Position numbers and translations under genes: made by a program. The notes beneath the pieces were generated by a model. That model was not told the origin of the DNA and did no database searches. It was given only the letters and a program-made list of their open reading frames with translations. DNA of 64,000 nt from Spirochaetia bacterium (GTDB taxonomy: Bacteria > Spirochaetota > Leptospiria > Turneriellales > JAOUOS01), in contig JAOUOT010000008.1 in the NCBI GenBank assembly GCA_029880265.1, positions 43,311-107,310 on the forward strand. The letters run 5' to 3'. Below, piece by piece: positions 18,497 to 30,501 of the stretch (position 1 is the first letter of the stretch; each line of letters begins with the position of its first letter).

Positions 18497-18524
18497 AGAC
18501 TCGTTTCGATTTAACGTAAATAAA

Positions 18525-20777
<2,253 letters not shown>

Positions 20778-20813
20778 TTAAAGTTCCTTTCTTTTATAAA
20801 AAGCGCATATGCA

Positions 20814-20857
20814 CTTGAGGGGTATGAAGCCGGCAAAGCGTCTGCATACCCCTCAAG
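20814..20857. other. 13-bp perfect inverted repeat (hairpin) in the icd / cytochrome divergent intergenic region
   Basis: CTTGAGGGGTATG - 18 nt - CATACCCCTCAAG, GC-richer than its surroundings. Confidence 0.5.
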
Positions 20858-21093
20858 TAGTTTGAGCGTGCGCTCTTTATTATTTTGAAGGCCTATCTAT
20901 TAAACCGATTCAAAACGTATATACTTTTTTCGGGAAAAAAGTATCACTCGATTTTTTTTAGAAAATATAATTAAAGTTCTTGATTGCACATTGTTTTTAA
21001 ATTTTATGGTTTTCAGATCGTGATTAGCTTTTTTATTTTAAAAAATGGAAAATGAAAAATAAGATCTAATATTCTCGCCCAAGGGGAAAAAAC

Positions 21094-21807
21094 ATGAAAC
21101 AAACTAAGAAAATTATAATTTTATTTGCCTTGTTAGGCGCCGTATTGTTTTCTGCGCAGATATTTGCCAAGCAGATCATGAAAGGGGTGCCTCAGGAGCA
21201 TGGAATTTCAGATATTGGCTTTCAAACCAGAGAAAGACCATTTTGTGAAGAATGTCATGGCGAAGCGTTGGCAGATACTCACCACGCTACGGTAGATGCA
21301 GAACAGGGTAACTGCGTTAAATGTCACCCTGTGCAAGAAAATAATGCGGGAGTTAAACTTCCGTATTTACAGAGAAATTGTCTTAAATGTCACATAGAAA
21401 GTCCTCACCATAAGACTCAAGCTGCGTTGAATAATGAATGTAACGAATGTCATGATACGGGAATCAGTGATTTTAAAACAAGTATACCAACTTATGAAGC
21501 AAGCATGGTAACGCCTACGGCAAAAACTTGTTCAAATTGCCATATTACAGCTGAAGTAAACGGTCAAAAGGTTTCGGGTCCCAAAGACACACACCATGAT
21601 ACCGGGTTAAAAACATGCGAAGCTTGTCATGCCGAAAAAAGAGAAGACAAGAATGTTAGAATATGCGAAGCATGTCATAATCCTGATGCGCTTCATAGTA
21701 TAGAACCGCATGTGGTCAAAGAAAATTGCGTTGGATGCCATGATATTGAAGCCGCAAAAGGTGGCACAGAGCCTGCGCCAACAAATAATCCGCCAAAAAA
21801 GAAATAA
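21094..21807 (+). CDS. Secreted octaheme c-type cytochrome
   Basis: Signal peptide plus eight CXXCH motifs (CEECH, CVKCH, CLKCH, CNECH, CSNCH, CEACH, CEACH, CVGCH) in 237 aa. Confidence 0.85.
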   Translation: MKQTKKIIILFALLGAVLFSAQIFAKQIMKGVPQEHGISDIGFQTRERPFCEECHGEALADTHHATVDAEQGNCVKCHPVQENNAGVKLPYLQRNCLKCHIESPHHKTQAALNNECNECHDTGISDFKTSIPTYEASMVTPTAKTCSNCHITAEVNGQKVSGPKDTHHDTGLKTCEACHAEKREDKNVRICEACHNPDALHSIEPHVVKENCVGCHDIEAAKGGTEPAPTNNPPKKK

Positions 21808-21828
21808 ACTAATTTCAGAATAATGGCG

Positions 21829-21859
21829 AAAAAAAGGACGGTTTATAACCGTCCTTTTT
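21829..21859. terminator. Bidirectional rho-independent terminator
   Basis: A-run, GGACGG-TTTATAA-CCGTCC, T5; lies between convergent genes. Confidence 0.65.
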
Positions 21860-21906
21860 ATTTGTCATAAGTTTATCTATAATCGTTGATCTAGACGTTT
21901 ATTAAT

Positions 21907-22272
21907 TTAAATCCATTTTTTTATAATATCAGAAATTTTATCAATACTGTACGGCTTTGATAAAAAATCAGTCATTCCAGCGTTTTGCCAGTCTGAAAAT
22001 TTATTATCGGGTTCGTCTCCCGACATTGCGATAACGGGCATTGATTTGCCATTGTCTCTGATTTTTTTTGTCGCTTCAATGCCGTCAAGCTCTGGCATAT
22101 GTATATCCATAAAAATAATATCATACTCATTTTTTAGCGCCAAATCTAAAGCCTCTAAGCCGTTTGAGGCAATGTCTACGGCATGCTCAAGTTTTTCAAG
22201 AAGAGCCTTTGCTAGTTTTTGATTAATTACAGAATCGTCTACTACCAGTAATTTCAATTTCTTTTCATTCAT
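21907..22272 (-). CDS. Single-domain response regulator (CheY-like receiver)
   Basis: LLVVDDS, phospho-acceptor context [13 protein letters not shown], 121 aa; 4-nt overlap with secA. Confidence 0.85.
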   Translation of the reverse strand: MNEKKLKLLVVDDSVINQKLAKALLEKLEHAVDIASNGLEALDLALKNEYDIIFMDIHMPELDGIEATKKIRDNGKSMPVIAMSGDEPDNKFSDWQNAGMTDFLSKPYSIDKISDIIKKWI

Positions 22273-24830
22273 CTTTTTCTACGGTTGCTTTTTCTTCTTG
22301 AGCCGCCGCCTGACGTTTTTACGGCGGCTAAACTTTCTGAAGATTTTGGTTTTGGGCTTGGGGCAGGCGCGGCGCTCATTGACTGTCTCTTTACGGCGCT
22401 GGCTACCCCATATGACTGCGTATCGTCATGAATCGCCTCGCCAACCGCTGAATATTCTTCGGGCTCTTCTTCTGTTATTTGGCCCTCAACATGCGCTCTA
22501 AGTAAAAATTCAAGCGTATCTTCTTTTATCAGGGTAACCATTTCTTCAAAAAGTCTAAATGACTCAAACCTGTATTCTACAAGGGGATTTTTTTGGGCAT
22601 ATCCCATTGTCCAGATTCCTTCTTTTATGTGGTCCAAAGAATATAAATGTTCCTTCCATTTTTGATCAATTACCCGAAGAGCTATCATTTTTTCAATTAA
22701 TACCATTGTTTTTTCGCCCAACTTTTCTCTTTTTTCGGCATAGGCTCGTTTTATAATTTCTAAAACTTTTTCTTCAATACTATTTAGCGGCATATTAGCC
22801 GCCTCTTCGTTTGAAAATTCCCACTTTAAATTCAAAGTAGTTTCAAGCCAGTTTTTTAACGCCTCAATATCCCACTCTGTCGAAGATTTTGAAGGTAAAA
22901 AGAAAGATAAGCGACTTAAAACGGCGTCATTAAAAAACTCTTCAATTAATTCTGAAATATTATCGTTTTCTAAAATCTCATTACGCATTTGATAAATATA
23001 AGTTCTCTGCTTGTTCATTACATCGTCGTATTCAAGAAGATGTTTTCGAATATCAAAGTTATGCGCCTCTACGCGTTTTTGAGAGCGTTCTATGGCCTTT
23101 GTAACCATTTTATGTTCAATGGCCTCACCTTCTTCCATTCCCAGCTTTTGCATAAGCGGACCTATTCTATCAGAGCCGAATATTCTCATAAGGTCGTCTT
23201 CTAACGATAAGTAAAAACGAGAAGAACCGCTATCGCCCTGTCGGCCTGACCGTCCCCGAAGCTGGTTGTCAATTCTTCTCGATTCATGCCTTTCTGAACC
23301 GATAATATGAAGCCCACCCAATTCTCTGACTTCGGCGCCTAAGACAATGTCTGTTCCTCTGCCCGCCATGTTTGTGGCAATGGTTACCCTGCTTTTTTGT
23401 CCGGCGTCTTTTACAATATCAGCTTCTTTCCCGTGATACTTTGCGTTTAATACAGAATGGGGAACCCCAAGCTGATTTAATAATTTTGAAAGCTTTTCAG
23501 AATTTTCAATAGATACGGTGCCTAATAATACGGGCTGACCCTTTAAATAGCACTGTTTAACTTCTTCGGCAATGGCGTTAAATTTTTCTTTTACTGTTCG
23601 GTATATTTTATCGGGATGATCTTTTCTCACCAGAGCACGGTTAGTTGGTATCACCATGACGTCTAAATTGTATATTTTCTTAAACTCTTCGGCTTCGGTA
23701 TCTGCCGTACCCGTCATACCGGCAAGTTTTTCATACATTCTAAAATAATTTTGAAAGGTTATGGTTGCAAGCGTTTGCGTTTCTTGTTTGACAGAAACTC
23801 TTTCTTTGGCCTCAAGGGCCTGATGCAGCCCGTCTGAATAGCGCCTGCCTTCCATAAGGCGGCCCGTAAATTCGTCGACAATAATAACCTCGCCATTTTG
23901 AACCACATAATCAACGTCTCGCTGAAATAACGTATGCGCTTTTAAACTCTGGTGAACATGATGTACCAGATCGACATTGTTAGGAGAATATAAATTTGTT
24001 ACATTAAGAAGCTTTTCAACTTTTGAAACGCCGTATTCGGTTAATAATACATTTCTTGCTTTTTCATCGACCTCATAATCTTCTTTATCTCTAAGCTGAG
24101 GAATTATTTTATTTACCTGAACATACACGTCTGTGCTTTGATCTGCCGAACCGCTTATAATCAAAGGCGTTCTGGCTTCGTCAATTAAAATAGAATCTAC
24201 CTCGTCTACGATGGCATAAAAATGGCCCCTTTGTACTTTTTGGCTCTTATGCTCTACCATGTTATCTCTTAAGTAATCAAAGCCAAATTCGTTATTTGTG
24301 CCGTAGGTGATATCGGCCAAATAGCTTTTTTGCCTGTCTGTATAGGCCATATTTGATATAATGGAACCGACAGATAATCCTAAAAAATCATATATAGGCT
24401 TCATCCAGTTGGCGTCTCGAGAGGCCAGATAGTCGTTAACTGTAACAACATGCGCGCCTTTGCCCGCCAGAGCGTTTAAGCAAACCGACAATGTCGAAGT
24501 TAACGTTTTTCCCTCGCCGGTTTTCATCTCGGCGATTTTGCCTTCATGAAGAGCGATGCCTCCCATTAGCTGTACGTCAAAATGTCTCATGCCCATCGTT
24601 CTTTTTGAGACTTCCCGCACAACGGCAAAAACCTCGGGTAAAAGTCTTGTCAACTCTTCGCCTCTGCCGATTCGCTCTTTAAATTCTATGGCTTTAGATT
24701 TTAGCGATTCGTCTGCCAGAGACTCTGTCTCGGGCTCTAATGAATTTATTTTTGTAATAATAGGCTTAAGCCGTTTAATATCCCTTTCGTATTTTGAGCC
24801 GAATATCAGGTTTAAAATAGGATTAATCAT
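22269..24830 (-). CDS. secA: Preprotein translocase ATPase SecA
   Basis: 853 aa; MKTGEGKTL Walker [30 protein letters not shown] blocks. Confidence 0.97.
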   Translation of the reverse strand: MINPILNLIFGSKYERDIKRLKPIITKINSLEPETESLADESLKSKAIEFKERIGRGEELTRLLPEVFAVVREVSKRTMGMRHFDVQLMGGIALHEGKIAEMKTGEGKTLTSTLSVCLNALAGKGAHVVTVNDYLASRDANWMKPIYDFLGLSVGSIISNMAYTDRQKSYLADITYGTNNEFGFDYLRDNMVEHKSQKVQRGHFYAIVDEVDSILIDEARTPLIISGSADQSTDVYVQVNKIIPQLRDKEDYEVDEKARNVLLTEYGVSKVEKLLNVTNLYSPNNVDLVHHVHQSLKAHTLFQRDVDYVVQNGEVIIVDEFTGRLMEGRRYSDGLHQALEAKERVSVKQETQTLATITFQNYFRMYEKLAGMTGTADTEAEEFKKIYNLDVMVIPTNRALVRKDHPDKIYRTVKEKFNAIAEEVKQCYLKGQPVLLGTVSIENSEKLSKLLNQLGVPHSVLNAKYHGKEADIVKDAGQKSRVTIATNMAGRGTDIVLGAEVRELGGLHIIGSERHESRRIDNQLRGRSGRQGDSGSSRFYLSLEDDLMRIFGSDRIGPLMQKLGMEEGEAIEHKMVTKAIERSQKRVEAHNFDIRKHLLEYDDVMNKQRTYIYQMRNEILENDNISELIEEFFNDAVLSRLSFFLPSKSSTEWDIEALKNWLETTLNLKWEFSNEEAANMPLNSIEEKVLEIIKRAYAEKREKLGEKTMVLIEKMIALRVIDQKWKEHLYSLDHIKEGIWTMGYAQKNPLVEYRFESFRLFEEMVTLIKEDTLEFLLRAHVEGQITEEEPEEYSAVGEAIHDDTQSYGVASAVKRQSMSAAPAPSPKPKSSESLAAVKTSGGGSRRKSNRRKR

Positions 24831-25012
24831 GAAAACTCCAGAGCCATTAAAAAAAATTTAATTACAATATTACTAAAATTAAGACGAATGCTGTGCGTAA
24901 AGCATAAAACAGGCCTATTTGCGTTTTGTAAGAGTTCCTGCTCTGCAAGCGGTGCCTGAACAATAAAATCAATTTAGCCTTGACGCAGTATAACATGCTT
25001 TAATCTTGCAGG

Positions 25013-25891
25013 ATGAAATTTTTAATTACTTTATTTTTTTTAAGCGGCGTACCTTTCTTAGGCTGTGAATATGACGGAGGGTTTATCACTTTCCCTTTTT
25101 TAGGCTCTAGTTTTTCATGGCTTAAAATATCTACCTACGGAATCATGATGGCTTTAGGTTTTTTAACCGCCAACTTTTTGTTACAAAAAGAATTTCATCG
25201 ACTAAATATAGATCCTAAACTGGCTGATAATATTATCATTTTAGCCGTAGTAGGAGGCATCGTAGGCGCAAAAGTTTTTTTCTTATGGGAGTCTTCTTCG
25301 CAATGGCATGGTTTCAGCGGTTTTACAAAAATGGCGTTTTCAGGCGGAGGGCTTACATGGTATGGCGGATTTATAGGCGCGGCTGTCGCGATTATCGCGT
25401 ATATTTTGAAAAAAAATCTCTCTTTACCTTTAGTTAGCGACGTTCTTACGCCAATATCTGCCTTAGGCTATACGTTTGGCAGAATGGGTTGTTTTGTATC
25501 GGGCGACGGCTGTTACGGAAAAATTTGCGATATAAGCATGCCCTTTCCTCTGTGCGCGAGTTTTCCTCATGGCGCCGTGCCTTCGACAGAGATGGTGTAT
25601 AATACTCCTTTTTATGAAGGTTTATTTTCGTTATTATTATTTTTTATTTTCTGGCAATTGCGTACCAGAACATGGCCTGGCGGTTTACGTTTTCCAATGT
25701 TTTTGATTTTTCATTCTATTGCCAGATTTCTTGTCGAATTTATCAGGGTAAATCCAAAAGATGTTTTTGGCATAACGCAGGCTCAATTTGTATCGCTGGC
25801 TATATTCATAGGTTCTATAGTATATTTTGTTGTCAAAAGGAACGATTTAACTATATTATTAAGTAAAGGGAACAAAAATGTCAGAAATTAA
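25013..25891 (+). CDS. lgt: Prolipoprotein diacylglyceryl transferase family protein
   Basis: 292-aa polytopic membrane protein with an Lgt-like GRMGCFVSGDGCYG block. Confidence 0.6.
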   Translation: MKFLITLFFLSGVPFLGCEYDGGFITFPFLGSSFSWLKISTYGIMMALGFLTANFLLQKEFHRLNIDPKLADNIIILAVVGGIVGAKVFFLWESSSQWHGFSGFTKMAFSGGGLTWYGGFIGAAVAIIAYILKKNLSLPLVSDVLTPISALGYTFGRMGCFVSGDGCYGKICDISMPFPLCASFPHGAVPSTEMVYNTPFYEGLFSLLLFFIFWQLRTRTWPGGLRFPMFLIFHSIARFLVEFIRVNPKDVFGITQAQFVSLAIFIGSIVYFVVKRNDLTILLSKGNKNVRN

Positions 25892-26072
25892 TTCAGTAAA
25901 CGCATACACGCCGCCGCCAATGATCGAACAGCCTGAGGCGAATAGCCGAAACAGTGGAGATATCGAGCAAAATATAGCTGAAAACGCTTCTGTTGAACAA
26001 GCAGACACCGGCAGCAGCGGAACGTCTTCGCCCGTTCCAGATTTTCCCGGAAGCGTTAATTTTACGGCATGA
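25878..26072 (+). CDS. Hypothetical 64-aa acidic/Ser-Pro-rich ORF, in frame with the next ORF across one TGA
   Basis: ATG behind AAAGGGAAC. Same reading frame as 26091..26894, separated by TGA at 26070-26072 plus 6 sense codons. Confidence 0.25.
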   Translation: MSEINSVNAYTPPPMIEQPEANSRNSGDIEQNIAENASVEQADTGSSGTSSPVPDFPGSVNFTA

Positions 26073-26090
26073 GATACCGAAAATGTATAC

Positions 26091-26894
26091 ATGGCGGTTG
26101 ATGCTGCAACAAAAAAAGAATTTAACAACAATATAACTGAGCAAAAAAAAAATATAAGCGAAATGGATAAAGATATTGCCGCTTATAAAAAGGCAATGTC
26201 GCAAGATAAACAATTGACGCCGTTTTTTCATCTTGGGATGGCGTCAAAATATATTCAGCAGATAAACTTATATTTAGATATGAATGCCTTATCAGAAAGA
26301 CTGATGGGAGTTAAAAACAGCACTTATCTAGATACTTCAAAAAAATTGTTTTCAAAGATTTTTACCGAACTTGAAAAAGTTGTAACGCTGGGTTTAGACG
26401 AACCTCTTAATCATAATAAAGAAGAGCTTATGAGGCTGAAGCCCTTTAATCCTAAACAGCGGCTAAATTTATGCATGCATTTAAAAAAATCTTTAGACAA
26501 ACTCATTCAAAGTTACGGCGAAAATACGAAATGGAAATGGTCGTTTCCCGAATTCTGGGGTAAGCTCGCTGTTATCGCTAAAAATATGTTAGATTATCGA
26601 GAGCTTCAGGCAATAAGAGATCCGAATGAAACTTATTATTACGATCGCCAGGAGATGTTAAAATTCATTAAAGAAATTCTTCTTGACGCATCGGGGCATA
26701 TGCGCGATAAATTTGAGCTCTCTACAAAATCGACTGTAGATTTAATCTTTGCTATTAGATTACTGGAAGATCTACGTCGTATTTCAAGTCTTACCGGAGA
26801 CCCCGAGCTTGTGAAAAAGAGCAAAAGCGGAATAGACTCATACCAGTCTCGGTTAGAAAGTATAGAAAAAGACAAAAAAGAAAAAAAGAAATAA
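26091..26894 (+). CDS. Hypothetical protein (helical, Lys/Glu-rich)
   Basis: 267-aa ORF with no recognisable motif. Confidence 0.5.
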   Translation: MAVDAATKKEFNNNITEQKKNISEMDKDIAAYKKAMSQDKQLTPFFHLGMASKYIQQINLYLDMNALSERLMGVKNSTYLDTSKKLFSKIFTELEKVVTLGLDEPLNHNKEELMRLKPFNPKQRLNLCMHLKKSLDKLIQSYGENTKWKWSFPEFWGKLAVIAKNMLDYRELQAIRDPNETYYYDRQEMLKFIKEILLDASGHMRDKFELSTKSTVDLIFAIRLLEDLRRISSLTGDPELVKKSKSGIDSYQSRLESIEKDKKEKKK

Positions 26895-26923
26895 AATTTT
26901 TATTTCTTTTTTTCTTTTTTGTC
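26871..26923. terminator. Long A/T inverted repeat spanning both convergent stop codons (probable bidirectional terminator)
   Basis: GACAAAAAAGAAAAAAAGAAATAAAA pairs with its reverse complement immediately downstream. The stop codons TAA 26892-26894 (+) and 26900-26902 (-) lie near the apex. Confidence 0.55.
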
Positions 26924-28006
26924 GATAAAAGACATAAAGACCGATGAATCAGAATAATAATGTCGAATTGGAGATCTCATAACCCCACGTTCGCCTTTTT
27001 GCCGTATAATAAGTTCCAAAGCCGCCGATGACGAAGAAAACTCAATTTGACCTTCAATCTCATTTAAGGGTAGTTTGTTTTCAACAGGAAAATGAAATCT
27101 TCCTTCCAGAATAAGATTATCTTTGGAGACATCCCATTTCCATAATAAAAGGTTTTCATTAATCTTATTTTGTTGTTTTTTCATAGTAATCGGTTTCTTT
27201 ATATGCAAATTTTCAATGCCGTATACTCTTTTAAATTCTTCGTCGAATTCAAAGTAAAGAGAAAAGTATGTTTTTTTTATAAAAGGGGCGATATTAAAAA
27301 TAAACGCCATGCCTTCTAAGTAGGCTTTGCCCTTTGTTTTTTTATCTATTGCCGAGCCGCAAGACGACCATATATATTTTTTATAAAGAAAGCTTTTATG
27401 AAATTCTCCTAAATAAAGCGAAGAATCTTTATGTTCTATTTTTTTTACGTTTCTAATTTTCTCTTCTTTTCTTTTATTATTATGTATTGTTATTTTTCCG
27501 CCTCCTTTATATTTGCCCATATTAGAATAAAGTGATAATGGAAAGGGTCGATTTTCAAATAAATTTTTTATTTGTTCCAGAAAGGCGCCCGGTTCATTTC
27601 TATTTTGAGCGACAAAATTATATTGTATTTTACGCGAATTTTCATCTTTAATTATTCCTTTAATATGAAGAGAATTATTATTAATCGTCATTTCAAAGAG
27701 CTTTTCTATCTGAACCCTTACTTCATGGTTATTTCTTTTTATTTTAACGCTGTCTATTGATACTTCTTGAACTATAAAAAAAGGACGATTTTTTTTATAG
27801 GCTCTGGTGTTTTCTATGTAAATGGCCCTTATAAGCAATTTTTCCCGAGATTCTTTCTCAGAATTAGAAGTTCTAAGCTCAATAATAAAAGCCTGTTTTT
27901 CTCTCAGGCAGCTTGAAATAAACGTGAAATTTTCAAAGTCGGCCCTAAAGATCTTTGGCAGTTTTATACCGTATATTTTTTCGCGTTTTTTAAAAAGTAA
28001 ATTCAC
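26900..28006 (-). CDS. Hypothetical protein
   Basis: 368-aa ORF, 4-nt overlap with the upstream TPR gene; no recognisable motif. Confidence 0.5.
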   Translation of the reverse strand: MNLLFKKREKIYGIKLPKIFRADFENFTFISSCLREKQAFIIELRTSNSEKESREKLLIRAIYIENTRAYKKNRPFFIVQEVSIDSVKIKRNNHEVRVQIEKLFEMTINNNSLHIKGIIKDENSRKIQYNFVAQNRNEPGAFLEQIKNLFENRPFPLSLYSNMGKYKGGGKITIHNNKRKEEKIRNVKKIEHKDSSLYLGEFHKSFLYKKYIWSSCGSAIDKKTKGKAYLEGMAFIFNIAPFIKKTYFSLYFEFDEEFKRVYGIENLHIKKPITMKKQQNKINENLLLWKWDVSKDNLILEGRFHFPVENKLPLNEIEGQIEFSSSSAALELIIRQKGERGVMRSPIRHYYSDSSVFMSFIDKKEKKK

Positions 28007-28725
28007 AGCTCGTTGTCTTCTATGAGACCTCGGGTAGCGTTATCTGTTTTAATTTCTTCGTGTCCGGCTTTATCGTCTGTGGTATCGGCTGAAGAAGGCT
28101 CTATGATGCCGCAAAAAAGAAGAGCGTCTTCTAGCGAAGCGCTCTCGTTTTTTTGAGGAATTTTTAATTTAGGATCTTCAAGGCATCTTAACGCTGACTT
28201 TATCTTTTCGTTTTGAGGATCATTTACCGCTTCAGCAACAAAGCGGCTCCAGCTTTCTATCGCTTTTTGTTTGTCTCTATTTAAAACAAGTTCAACAAAG
28301 CCTATTTGATACAAATTGATTTTCATTGACGGCGCATATTGAAGGGCTTTTTGAAACGCATTAACGGCTTCCGTCGGTTTGTTTTGCTTAGTATAGATTT
28401 GCCCCATGCGAAAATTCTCAATAGCGGGAGACGCCGAAAAAGGCTCTGCCCTTTTGTAATAATCTAGCGCTGTATAATAATCTTTTCTAAAAAGAAAGAT
28501 ATCGCCTATTATAGAAAGGGCCTCGCCGTGATTTGGTTTAGAGTTTATAACTTTTAAAAGCGCTTGTTCGGCGGCCTCGTATCTTTTCTCGAAAAAATAT
28601 TTTTTCCCTTGGTTGAATTGTTCTTCAGACGCGTCAGAAACCGACGAAAAATTATTTTGCGCCGCTATAGAAGATATTGTTAAAATGATTATAAGAAATC
28701 TTTTCACCCATTTTCTTTTCGACAT
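28003..28725 (-). CDS. TPR-repeat secreted protein
   Basis: Signal peptide followed by several 34-aa TPR-like repeats (AEQALLKVI, ALDYYKRA, AVNAFQKALQYAP). Confidence 0.6.
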   Translation of the reverse strand: MSKRKWVKRFLIIILTISSIAAQNNFSSVSDASEEQFNQGKKYFFEKRYEAAEQALLKVINSKPNHGEALSIIGDIFLFRKDYYTALDYYKRAEPFSASPAIENFRMGQIYTKQNKPTEAVNAFQKALQYAPSMKINLYQIGFVELVLNRDKQKAIESWSRFVAEAVNDPQNEKIKSALRCLEDPKLKIPQKNESASLEDALLFCGIIEPSSADTTDDKAGHEEIKTDNATRGLIEDNEL

Positions 28726-29123
28726 TATTTTATATTCTCTTTAATATTTTAGCGTTAAACAATAAATTATAATTTTAAATCTTTTCTCTCAGGCAGTTTT
28801 GGCGAATTTTCTTTAATATTGACGCAACTATTCATTAATTTACAGTTTTTTTATTATTTTTACAATAAAAAGTGGCTGCTTATATGAACCCTTTAATAAT
28901 ATTATAATGTTTTTAAGATCAAATTTTACTATAGGGTGACTCTAGTTTGTGGGTTTATTATTAGGCTTTGCGTTTAATGCCATAAAATTGCGATTACCCC
29001 TTTAGCCGGTTTATATTGAATAATTGTTTACTTATAAACTTATAGATAAGATATGGTCTTATAAATATACGATAATTGTTAGCTAAAACTTTTATCTTAG
29101 TATATCATAAGGAGATTTAAAAG

Positions 29124-29273
29124 ATGAAGAAACTTTTAATGTTAATTATGCTCATGATAGCGAGCATTTCAGTTATGAACTGCGGTTCAGGACAAACTAA
29201 AGAAGACGCTCCAGCTGCAGAATGCGCTGAAGGCGAAGAGTGCCCAAAAGCTGAAGAAGCTCCAGCAGAGTAA
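29124..29273 (+). CDS. Unannotated 49-aa probable lipoprotein/secreted peptide
   Basis: Below the ORF-track cutoff. AAGGAG Shine-Dalgarno 7 nt upstream. MKKLLMLIMLMIASISVMNCGSGQ... is a signal peptide followed by Cys. Followed by a strong terminator. Confidence 0.5.
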   Translation: MKKLLMLIMLMIASISVMNCGSGQTKEDAPAAECAEGEECPKAEEAPAE

Positions 29274-29303
29274 TCTAATTTAATAAAATTAGAATAAATT
29301 TTT

Positions 29304-29336
29304 AAAAACCTGAATATAATATTCAGGTTTTTTTTT
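29304..29336 (+). terminator. Rho-independent terminator
   Basis: ACCTGAATAT-A-ATATTCAGGT perfect 10-bp stem followed by T8. Confidence 0.65.
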
Positions 29337-29424
29337 AAATATCGCTTTGATTATCTCTCTTGACAAACAGTGAAATTTGTAGAATATAACCAATTAAAAA
29401 TGAAGAAAAAAATAAGGAGAACAT

Positions 29425-30501
29425 ATGGCTTCTAAGTTAAAATTACAATCCGGCGTTCTTTCGGGAGAATCTCTTCAAGAAGTTTTTCAATTTTGCAAAG
29501 AAAATGAATGCGCCCTTCCGGCCGTTAATGTTATAGGCAGTCACGGTATAAGCGCGGCCATGTTTGCTGCAAAAGAAGCAAAGAGTCCCATTATTATACA
29601 ATTTTCTAACGGTGGAGCTCATTTTGCAGCCGGCAAATTCTTGAAAAATGACGATGAAAAGGCCGCTATCGCGGGGGCCGTATCAGCCGGTCATTTTATT
29701 AGGGTTTTATCAAAATATTACGAAGTACCTGTTATTTTACATACCGATCACGCGGCAAAAAAACTTTTACCTTGGGTTCAAGGTCTTATTGATTACAGCG
29801 AAAAATTCAAAGAGAAACACCGCGCTCCGCTTTACAGTTCGCATATGCTTGATTTATCTGAAGAACCTCTTGAAGAAAACCTTGATATCTGCAAACGTAT
29901 TTTAACAAGAATGAAGCCTTTAGGCATGCTTTTAGAAATGGAGCTTGGCGTAACAGGCGGCGAAGAAGACGGCGTCGATAATACAGGCGTTGACAATTCA
30001 AAATTATACACCCAACCTTCAGAAGTATTAGCGGCCTATGACGCCCTGCAACCGGCCGGGCAGTTTACTATAGCGGCTTCTTTCGGCAATACTCACGGCG
30101 TCTATAAACCGGGCAACGTTATTTTAACCCCTAAAATATTGAGAAATTCTCAGGAACTCATTGAAAAAGAGAGAAATACTGATAAAAAACCTGTAAATTT
30201 TGTTTTTCACGGCGGTTCGGGTTCAAGCGCCGAAGAAATCAGAGAAGCGGTATCTTACGGCGTTATAAAAATGAACATTGATACCGATACGCAATGGGCC
30301 TTTACAAAGCCTATTAAAAACTATATGGACGAGAAATCTGATTATTTAAAATCTCAAATAGGAAACCCCGAAGGCGAAGATAAGCCGAACAAAAAATATA
30401 TAGACCCCAGACAATGGGTACATTTAGGCGAAAAAGAAATGGCAAATCGTCTTATTCAGGCTTTTAAAGATTTAAATTCTTATCAAAAATTTGATTTTTG
30501 A
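29425..30501 (+). CDS. fba: Class II fructose-1,6-bisphosphate aldolase
   Basis: 358 aa; PAVNV, HTDHA, GVTGGEEDGV, FHGGSGS blocks. Confidence 0.92.
   Translation: MASKLKLQSGVLSGESLQEVFQFCKENECALPAVNVIGSHGISAAMFAAKEAKSPIIIQFSNGGAHFAAGKFLKNDDEKAAIAGAVSAGHFIRVLSKYYEVPVILHTDHAAKKLLPWVQGLIDYSEKFKEKHRAPLYSSHMLDLSEEPLEENLDICKRILTRMKPLGMLLEMELGVTGGEEDGVDNTGVDNSKLYTQPSEVLAAYDALQPAGQFTIAASFGNTHGVYKPGNVILTPKILRNSQELIEKERNTDKKPVNFVFHGGSGSSAEEIREAVSYGVIKMNIDTDTQWAFTKPIKNYMDEKSDYLKSQIGNPEGEDKPNKKYIDPRQWVHLGEKEMANRLIQAFKDLNSYQKFDF

Noticed and set aside
22298-24861. Plus-strand track ORFs inside secA (22298..22501, 22559..22756, 22989..23204, 24491..24682, 24556..24861)
   Set aside because: They are antisense to secA.
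26070-26072. Selenocysteine decoding of the in-frame TGA
   Set aside because: I could fold no convincing SECIS-like stem-loop immediately downstream (only a 4-bp GUUG/CAAC stem). The surrounding sequence has no redox-motif context.
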